Positions 17,948 through 23,933 of a DNA stretch of 25,708 bases are shown in pieces; the stretch's first letter is position 1, and every line of letters starts with the position of its first letter. Under the pieces are notes generated by a model. The model was not told the origin of the DNA, did not search any database, and saw only the letters and a program-made list of their open reading frames with translations. Source of the DNA: Nitrospirota bacterium (GTDB taxonomy: Bacteria > Nitrospirota > UBA9217). The stretch lies in contig JAOUEV010000049.1 of the NCBI GenBank assembly GCA_029858565.1, forward strand, positions 1-25,708. The letters run 5' to 3'. Made by a program: the position numbers and the translations under genes.

Positions 17948-18808
17948 ATGGTCAAGATCGGCAAGAGTACTCCTCGCGCAGAACTTGCCTCCCTTCGTCG
18001 TGAAGTACGGAGGCTCCGGTCGGAGCTGAAGCGTCTGACGCCTTCCCTTGAGGTCCTGCTCAGGCGGCGCGGTTTCGCAGTTCACAAGGAGCAGCCTTCC
18101 GCTGATCTGCTCGTCCCCGCGGCCACCCTTCAGGACCGGTACTACCGGTTCCTGCACAAATACTCCTTCAGGCTCTTTCTTCGCGATGTGATCAAACATC
18201 AGCAGCTCTTCACTGCGGAGCAATTGGCGCGTTACTCCACGGCCAGGACCGTGCGGGCCTACATCGCGGTCCTTGAAGCGATGGGAATGGCGGAGCTGCG
18301 TCAGGGCGGCTACGGTCTTCTTGTCGGCCCGATCACGAGCTTTGGCGCGACGCTCGAATGGTACGTGGCGGAACTGCTCAGGCGGGAGTTCGGTGCGGAA
18401 ACGATATGGGGCGTCAAGTTCCGCGGGCGCGCGGTGGGCGGTGATTACGATGTGATCGCGAAGCTCGAGGGGAAGTTGTTGTACCTGGAAGTGAAGTCGT
18501 CGCCGCCCAAGCAGATCTATGACAGCGAGGTCGCCGCGTTCCTGGACCGGGTGGAGGACCTTGCTCCGGAGACCGCGGTGTTCCTTATGGACACGGAACT
18601 GCGGATGAAGGACAAGCTGGTGCCCATGTTCGAGGCGGCCCTGGCACAGCGGAGCGCTTATCCGCCGCAGGTAACGCGGATCGAACGTGAGCTGTTCAGC
18701 ATAGGGGACCGGATCTTTATCGTGAACGCAAAGGAGAGCATCCTGCAGAACATCGGCATCGTGGTGGGCAAGGCTGTGCGGCGGGGCTCCTGTGAAAAGA
18801 ATGATTAG
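17948..18808 (+). CDS. Hypothetical protein: coiled coil, winged-helix-like region and PD-(D/E)xK nuclease-like domain
   Basis: FGATLEWYV...GGDYDVIA....LLYLEVKS gives the E...D...ExK catalytic pattern of restriction-endonuclease-like folds; GGAG SD. Confidence 0.7.
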   Translation: MVKIGKSTPRAELASLRREVRRLRSELKRLTPSLEVLLRRRGFAVHKEQPSADLLVPAATLQDRYYRFLHKYSFRLFLRDVIKHQQLFTAEQLARYSTARTVRAYIAVLEAMGMAELRQGGYGLLVGPITSFGATLEWYVAELLRREFGAETIWGVKFRGRAVGGDYDVIAKLEGKLLYLEVKSSPPKQIYDSEVAAFLDRVEDLAPETAVFLMDTELRMKDKLVPMFEAALAQRSAYPPQVTRIERELFSIGDRIFIVNAKESILQNIGIVVGKAVRRGSCEKND

Positions 18809-18917
18809 CCACGGAAGCTGCGGATGCACATCCTGATCAACACGGATAGGTGTGAAAGAAAGAAGTGTTAGTGTTCTGAAACCAGTCCTTGCGACGAACC
18901 TGGCGTTTCCTGCCTTT

Positions 18918-18946
18918 CTTCGTGGCTTCGTGACTTCGTGCGAGAC
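18918..18946. repeat. Three 8-bp tandem units CTTCGTGN between convergent genes
   Basis: CTTCGTGG-CTTCGTGA-CTTCGTGC-GAGAC; degenerate CACGGA/CGGAT units at 18810-18847. Confidence 0.55.
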
Positions 18947-18973
18947 AGGTTCTCTGGTCTTTGGATCGATCTG

Positions 18974-19903
18974 CTAATAATCGTACCTCAATCCTACACT
19001 ATAGACGTTGTTGGTCGTGGCCGTATCGGGAACGTTCGAATCAGCCATTTCGTGATCATAACCAAGAGAGAAGCTCCAGGAGTCGCTCAGGTCCACGCCA
19101 AAGAAGACCGACACGGTCTGGGTGGTGACGGTGAAGTCCACGGGCAGATCGTACGTGCGCGACAGATAGCCGTAGCCCAGGTCCAGGGACGTGTTCTCCG
19201 AGGGCGAGAACCCGATCCAGGCGGTTCCGGAATGCCCATAATAGCTGTAGAGCGGAGAGTCAGCCCGGTTCCGTTCGAACTCATAGGTCTGCTTGAACCA
19301 GATGCTGTCGCTCACCGTTTCCTTGAGTCCTGCCGACGCGCCAAAGGCGGTTGAATCCCGGAGGTCGGACTTGAAATCCTTTGCCGCTGCCTTGAGCGAG
19401 CATCTTCCTGACAGGAGCTCGGTGAATCGCCTGGTAATCCCGGCGCTCAGAGAGCCCACGGTGAAGTCGAATTCATCATAGGTCGCGAATGAAGTGTGCG
19501 ATACAGCGCCAAGCACAAGGATGTCGGTCTTCTCGCCCCAGGATATCTTGCTCCCGATGTCAGCGGAGAGCGAGGTCGAGAAATCGCCCTGCTGCTCGGT
19601 CTGGCTGCTGGTGGTCCCGGTGCCGGTACCTGTGCTTGTCCCAGTCCCTCCGGGATTGTCATTCAACCCGCCCTGCTGCGCCTGCAGGATAGACATTCCC
19701 CCGGCCATGCCGCCCATACCTCCACCTCCGCTGGTCCCGCCGGTGTTCGGATTGTCCTGCACCAGACCGATGACATTATCATTGTATGATTCCTGCACAT
19801 CAAAAGAAAAGACCAGTCCGGCCTCGGCGCTTGAATAGGTGAACAGCAACAATGTCACAGCGGCGATGAGCATCAGGGTGCCGGATTTTGTAAGTTCTCG
19901 CAT
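18974..19903 (-). CDS. Predicted outer-membrane beta-barrel protein with Gly/Thr-rich insertion
   Basis: Signal peptide ending SAEA; amphipathic strands with alternating aromatic residues; terminal VGLRYDY beta-signal-like end; GGGGAG SD. Confidence 0.75.
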   Translation of the reverse strand: MRELTKSGTLMLIAAVTLLLFTYSSAEAGLVFSFDVQESYNDNVIGLVQDNPNTGGTSGGGGMGGMAGGMSILQAQQGGLNDNPGGTGTSTGTGTGTTSSQTEQQGDFSTSLSADIGSKISWGEKTDILVLGAVSHTSFATYDEFDFTVGSLSAGITRRFTELLSGRCSLKAAAKDFKSDLRDSTAFGASAGLKETVSDSIWFKQTYEFERNRADSPLYSYYGHSGTAWIGFSPSENTSLDLGYGYLSRTYDLPVDFTVTTQTVSVFFGVDLSDSWSFSLGYDHEMADSNVPDTATTNNVYSVGLRYDY

Positions 19904-19925
19904 GTCTTCTGCTCCCCGTAGGATG

Positions 19926-19964
19926 AGAATAAAGACCGGGCGTCCTCTGCAGCGGACACCCGGT
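19926..19964 (-). terminator. Hairpin / weak intrinsic terminator after the small secreted protein gene
   Basis: Minus strand ACCGGGTGTCC-gctgcaga-GGACGCCCGGT (11-bp stem with one G-U) followed by CTTTATTCT. Confidence 0.5.
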
Positions 19965-19980
19965 GAGCGTTACCGATAAC

Positions 19981-20304
19981 CTACTTGCCCGAGCGGGTCT
20001 GCGTGTCCCGGTGCTCCCGGTCCTGGGACCGCTCGTGCTTCTGGGTCTGCTTCTTGGTCTTTGATTTGACCTTCTTGCCGGATTTCTCCTGCTCCTGCTT
20101 TTTCGAGCCATCCTGCAGGCGGTCGCGGTCCCGCTCACGGGTCCGCTCCTGGGTCATTTCCTGGGTGCCTGCGGCCTTGCCGGTGCCCATCTTCTGCTCC
20201 TCGGTCTCCTTCTGTGTCTGCGTTTCGGCCGCACCCGCGGTAAATGTTGCCGGTCCGATAAGAAGCAGTGCTGCTGTCATAAGTGCCAGTCCCTTGCGTA
20301 GCAT
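19981..20304 (-). CDS. Small secreted, highly charged low-complexity protein (107 aa)
   Basis: GAGGAGG SD before ATG 20304; signal peptide MLRKGLALMTAALLLIGPATFTAGA; mature part rich in Q/E/K/R/T (TQERTRERDRDRLQDG). Confidence 0.75.
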   Translation of the reverse strand: MLRKGLALMTAALLLIGPATFTAGAAETQTQKETEEQKMGTGKAAGTQEMTQERTRERDRDRLQDGSKKQEQEKSGKKVKSKTKKQTQKHERSQDREHRDTQTRSGK

Positions 20305-20434
20305 AATGATCCCTCCTCTGTTGTCAATTGCCTTCGGGATGAGTCCCGAAGGGTGCGGGAGCGATTGGCCAGCACTCCCGCTGTGATCGTTCTGTCCGGA
20401 CGAGAACGGTTCTCTCAATATCCATTGTTCGTTA

Positions 20435-20467
20435 CCCATAAGACGAATGAACCGGGAAAAGGTTACA
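20435..20467 (-). promoter_or_regulatory. ECF-sigma-type promoter, copy 2 (TGTAAC-N16-CGTC)
   Basis: TGTAACCTTTTCCCGGTTCATTCGTCTTATGGG; 28/33 identical to the copy upstream of the sigma gene. Confidence 0.8.
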
Positions 20468-20476
20468 TCCATCCCT

Positions 20477-21364
20477 TTACTTTCCTCTGCCGCCGCGTAC
20501 GCTGTCACCGCGCCGCTCTGATCCGCCGTCCCGCGCGCCGCCCCTGCGATCGTCGCGTCGGTCCCTGCCGAGGTCGTCGTGCTGGGCCTTGGCCGCGTCT
20601 TCAGGGCTTTTTCCCCTGCGGATGCTGTCAGTGATCTGCTGCTGCATGCGATCAAAGTCCTTTTCCGAGTATCCCCGCGCCAGTCCCTGCTTGACCAGGC
20701 CCGCGGCGGAATCCGCCGGCACGCCGAACTCGACCAGGTCGGTGATCGCGCCTACTGCCCGGTCAAAGAGCACGAGCGATCCCTTCCGTTCAATGATCCT
20801 TCCGGCCGTATCGGAAACAGCGTCCGCTGGTATGGACCGCTCGTACGCACGGGCAACGGTCTCGACGGCAGTGTCCTTTACCGCGACGTTCCTGGCGGAG
20901 ACCCCTTTGCTGACCAGGTCATCCACGACTGGCCGGGCCGCGGCAAGATGTCCGACCAGGCGCTTGACCGCAGCAGCGATCCGCTCCTGGGGCACCTGTT
21001 TTGCCAGGCCCTGCTCGATCCTGCTCATGAGCGCTTTGACGGGCATGCTTTCGTTCTTCGCCTGCACTGCAAGGTCCAGCAGCCCGGTGATGCCGGCTGA
21101 GCCGACGTTCCGTTCAAGACCCCTGGCGACGACTGCCTCCACATCAGCGGCAGGGATGCCGGAACGGACCGCCTGCCGGGCATGGGCAGCGAGGAGGTCC
21201 TTTTCAGCAGGCGGCAGAGCAGAACGTTCGATAGCGCTGCGCGTTCCTTTTGTCAGGTCATCATCAACCGCTCCCGCAGGTCCGGCGCTCCCGAACAGAA
21301 CTGCTGCGAAAAGCGTAATAATGATGATCGCTTTCGATCGGTGGTTGGGATCAGGATATCTCAT
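20477..21364 (-). CDS. Exported alpha-helical repeat protein of unknown function
   Basis: Signal/TM segment; about four helical repeats of type (G/S)(I/V/M)P....L...GL.(R/K); R/D/G-rich tail; ATGA overlap with the anti-sigma stop. Confidence 0.8.
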   Translation of the reverse strand: MRYPDPNHRSKAIIIITLFAAVLFGSAGPAGAVDDDLTKGTRSAIERSALPPAEKDLLAAHARQAVRSGIPAADVEAVVARGLERNVGSAGITGLLDLAVQAKNESMPVKALMSRIEQGLAKQVPQERIAAAVKRLVGHLAAARPVVDDLVSKGVSARNVAVKDTAVETVARAYERSIPADAVSDTAGRIIERKGSLVLFDRAVGAITDLVEFGVPADSAAGLVKQGLARGYSEKDFDRMQQQITDSIRRGKSPEDAAKAQHDDLGRDRRDDRRGGARDGGSERRGDSVRGGRGK

Positions 21365-21969
21365 ATTTTTACCCTCACGACAGCATTGCGGTTGCCGAAT
21401 CCGTCGTCGCGGTATGCTTCCGCGCGCGGGTCAGTGATCCACTGCTCGCTGTCCACAATGAACATATAGGCGTACACGCCGGGCTGCAGCGGCAGTTCAA
21501 TGGTCCAGGTCCCGTTCTTCCGGGTCATCACATGGGTCCCGGTGCTCCACTTGTTGAAATCCCCTGCCACAGCAACCTGACGGGCGTTTGGCGCCTGAAG
21601 GTCCAGCCGGACGATCACCGTGTCCGGCCGTCTCGACGTGACCATCACGGCCGCGACAATGGCGAAGAGCAGTACCGCCGCGGCTGATGCAAGGTTCCAG
21701 CGAAGCACCCTGCTGCCGAAGAGGAACTCCTTCGCCCGCGCGAAAAAGGGCGCTCTTTTGCGCGGAAGCCTTGCCATGACCGACCGGGTGAAATCAGCGG
21801 GCGGTTCTTTTCTTCCTGCGCGGCCGAGGGTTCCCAGCGCCTCGTTCATGGCCTGATATTCACGGCTCAGGACCGGGTCCGCCTGGACCTGGCGCAGAAG
21901 CCGCTCCCGCTCCCCATCAGGAAGGTTCCCGTCGAGCAATCGGTGGATGATCGTAAGATCGTTCTTCAT
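21361..21969 (-). CDS. Putative anti-sigma factor: cytoplasmic anti-sigma domain, TM helix, CBM48/AMPK-type glycogen-binding domain
   Basis: LLDGNLPDGERERL and PPADFTRSVMARL (anti-sigma-like); TM LASAAAVLLFAIVAAVMV; VAVAGDFNKW...W...L.PG.Y.YMFIVD...WITDP...DDGFG.RN. ATGA-coupled to the sigma gene. Confidence 0.88.
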   Translation of the reverse strand: MKNDLTIIHRLLDGNLPDGERERLLRQVQADPVLSREYQAMNEALGTLGRAGRKEPPADFTRSVMARLPRKRAPFFARAKEFLFGSRVLRWNLASAAAVLLFAIVAAVMVTSRRPDTVIVRLDLQAPNARQVAVAGDFNKWSTGTHVMTRKNGTWTIELPLQPGVYAYMFIVDSEQWITDPRAEAYRDDGFGNRNAVVRVKI

Positions 21970-22526
21970 GGCCTGACTCCCTGCTTGTCCAACACTTCCC
22001 TGAGCCGCTCCCTGGCCCGGTGCGCCCTGACCTTGAGCGCCGCGATGCTGACGCCCAGGATCGCGGCGATCTCCTCGTATCCCAGCTCCTCAAGGTGTTT
22101 CAGGATCAGCACCTCGCGGTATTCAGGCGAAAGTCCGTCGAGAGCGTGCTGAACCGCCTCGCTGGTCTCATGAGAAGACGCGATCCGCTCCGGATCGGGA
22201 GCGGAGCTGCCCCTCAGCTCGGCAATATCGTCAACATCCACGGTCTCCCTGCGGGCCCGGCCATGGTCGCGGCACTTATTCAGCACGATGGTCGCGAGCC
22301 ACGTCGAGAACTTCGCGGTACCGCGAAACCGGTTGAGGCCTTCGTAGGCGGCGATAAAGCTGTCCTGGGCTATGTCGTTCGCGCTGTCGGCGTCGCCGGT
22401 CATACGGAACGCCAGGGTGTACGCCAGGACCTTGTACCGGTCCACAAGGACCGCGTAGGCATCCTCATCACCTTTCAGCGTGCGTTCGATCAGGTCGTTC
22501 TCTTCCTGGTGTCTGGTCTCATCCAT
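21966..22526 (-). CDS. ECF (sigma70 group 4) RNA polymerase sigma factor
   Basis: GDEDAYAVLVDRY, DIAQDSFI.AY..L..F, FSTWL.TI..N.CRD (region 2); L....REVLILK..E.L.YEEIA.ILG.S...K.R.HRAR (region 4). Alternative start at 22538. Confidence 0.95.
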   Translation of the reverse strand: MDETRHQEENDLIERTLKGDEDAYAVLVDRYKVLAYTLAFRMTGDADSANDIAQDSFIAAYEGLNRFRGTAKFSTWLATIVLNKCRDHGRARRETVDVDDIAELRGSSAPDPERIASSHETSEAVQHALDGLSPEYREVLILKHLEELGYEEIAAILGVSIAALKVRAHRARERLREVLDKQGVRP

Positions 22527-22533
22527 GTTGTTG

Positions 22534-22566
22534 CCCATAAGACGGTTGAACGCGAAAAAGGTTACA
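22534..22566 (-). promoter_or_regulatory. ECF-sigma-type promoter, copy 1 (autoregulatory; TGTAAC-N16-CGTC)
   Basis: TGTAACCTTTTTCGCGTTCAACCGTCTTATGGG directly upstream of the sigma gene; AAC in the -35 and CGTC in the -10 are typical ECF elements. Confidence 0.8.
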
Positions 22567-22573
22567 CCGGCCG

Positions 22574-22921
22574 CTACTCAGTTCCGACCAGGACCACCGA
22601 GTTCCTTCCGCCCAGACCGTCCTCAACCGAGGGAGCGCGGGGATCGACTATCCAATCTGCAGTGTTGACCAGGAACAGGTATTCGTATCTGCCCGGCATA
22701 AGGAACAGCGTGATCGTCCAGGAACCGCTCCGGTCCGGACCCGCAAGTACATGGCTCGTGGGGTCCCACTTGTTAAAGGAACCGGCGACGGTGACAGAAA
22801 CGGCATCGGGTGCTGACAAGGTGAATGTGATTGGTACGGCACGGGCGGTTTCCGCTGCCGGTGCGGTCTTGCCAGAAAGGGCTGCAGCAAAGAACAGGAC
22901 TATGGCGAGCAGACGGATCAT
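22574..22921 (-). CDS. Secreted stand-alone CBM48/AMPK-type glycogen-binding domain protein
   Basis: Signal peptide MIRLLAIVLFFAAALS; APDA.SVTVAGSFNKW, W...L.L.PGRYEYLFLV...W..DP, EDGLGGRNS. Confidence 0.88.
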   Translation of the reverse strand: MIRLLAIVLFFAAALSGKTAPAAETARAVPITFTLSAPDAVSVTVAGSFNKWDPTSHVLAGPDRSGSWTITLFLMPGRYEYLFLVNTADWIVDPRAPSVEDGLGGRNSVVLVGTE

Positions 22922-22951
22922 GGCGGTCTCGAAGGGCTCCCTGTACAGCGG

Positions 22952-22997
22952 AAAAAATAAAAAAGGACCACCAATTGCACGAATGCAACTGATGGCC
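22952..22997 (-). terminator. Intrinsic terminator
   Basis: Minus strand GGCCATCAGTTGCA-TTCG-TGCAATTGGTGGTC (14-bp stem with G-U pairs, UUCG loop) followed by CTTTTTTATTTTTT. Confidence 0.75.
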
Positions 22998-23068
22998 TCC
23001 TGATAAATTATAGGATGCTAATGCTAGTATACTATAGGAAATGAAGCACTGCTGTGCCAGAGCGCATT

Positions 23069-23623
23069 TTACTGCGCGGCAGGGCCCCGGGACATGGGTT
23101 TCCCTTCGCCGGAGAGATCCGGATGTTTTGGATGCCGCGGCGGCACTGCCGGTGCATTGGCGGCATTGTCGTGGTTCGCCGTAGGAACTTTTTTCATATC
23201 CCGCCGCGATTCATTATGTACCTTTTTGACCTGGCTCACACACTTGCCCAGTTTAATTCCGAGCTGATCCGCGATGACGCCCCAGCCGAGCACGGGCGGA
23301 CCCTGACGAAGCGCCACTACCCGTCCGATGTTCTCTTCCGTGGCCCCGCCGGCAAGGGACTGCGCGCAGGAGAGGGTGACTGTGATCTCACCATAGCCAA
23401 GTCCTTTCTCGCGCAGCGACGCGATCCGATCGTTGCTGATGGCGAAATCGCGGTTCAGTCGCGACACCACGGCTTTTTCACCTTCCGGCGTGGCCGCAGC
23501 CCGGTCGAGCCGCGCAGCTTCGCGCTGCAGGTTCTGCTCATGCTTTGACGGGGCGGCGAATGCCGTGCCAGCGGATGCAAGGAGCGAAAGACACAGGACC
23601 AGGACGACCGGACGCATGTTCAT
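23069..23623 (-). CDS. Secreted hypothetical protein with duplicated LR..G.G(Y/W)G.I motif
   Basis: GGAGGAGG SD before ATG 23623; signal peptide ending AFA; SLREKGLGYGEI and ALRQGPPVLGWGVIADQLG. Confidence 0.78.
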   Translation of the reverse strand: MNMRPVVLVLCLSLLASAGTAFAAPSKHEQNLQREAARLDRAAATPEGEKAVVSRLNRDFAISNDRIASLREKGLGYGEITVTLSCAQSLAGGATEENIGRVVALRQGPPVLGWGVIADQLGIKLGKCVSQVKKVHNESRRDMKKVPTANHDNAANAPAVPPRHPKHPDLSGEGKPMSRGPAAQ

Positions 23624-23727
23624 CGAAACCTCCTCCTTTTCCAGCCGTTCACGAGGACCGGAGAACGCATGGCAGTATTGTAGCGAAGGCGAAAGGTTTT
23701 TTCCACAGTTTTCATGAGCGGGCCTGC

Positions 23728-23756
23728 TTGACACCGGGCACGGCCTTTGTTACTAT
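23728..23756 (+). promoter_or_regulatory. sigma70 promoter for the riboswitch and P-type ATPase
   Basis: TTGACA (23728-23733), 17-bp spacer, TGnTACTAT (-10 at 23751-23756), immediately before the aptamer. Confidence 0.8.
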
Positions 23757-23763
23757 TGAACGC

Positions 23764-23863
23764 GTAAAGGGGAGTAGCACACTACAGTGCAGATCGTCAT
23801 CACGTCCCGCGAACGCGGGACCGGTCTCACTGGTCAGGAAGTCCTGATGCGCGAGACCTTTAC
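23764..23863 (+). ncRNA. yybP-ykoY (Mn2+-sensing) riboswitch aptamer
   Basis: GTAAAGG-GGAGTAGC ... CGTCATCAC ... hairpin TCCCGCGAACGCGGGA ... GCGAGA-CCTTTAC. P1 pairs 23764-23770 with 23857-23863. It precedes a P-type ATPase, a known context for this class. Confidence 0.88.
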
Positions 23864-23898
23864 CACGATGGTAGCTGTGCGTGGTAAAGGTTTTTTTT
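23856..23898 (+). terminator. Riboswitch expression-platform terminator
   Basis: ACCTTTACCACG (23856-23867) pairs with CGTGGTAAAGGT (23880-23891), followed by a T run to 23898; overlaps the 3' strand of P1. Confidence 0.88.
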
Positions 23899-23933
23899 CG
23901 TCCCGGACCATCATTCAGACCGGAGGTAGCTCA

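Noticed and set aside
17948-18808. CRISPR ancillary Card1/Can2-type effector
   Set aside because: The nuclease motif is similar, but I see no CARF domain and no CRISPR context.
20305-20655. N-terminal extension of the 224-aa ORF 19981-20655
   Set aside because: It overlaps the upstream gene and ECF promoter; a strong SD and signal peptide point to ATG 20304.
21361-22921. Glycogen metabolism (branching/debranching enzyme) genes
   Set aside because: The CBM48-like domains have no attached GH13 catalytic domain and carry export or TM signals.
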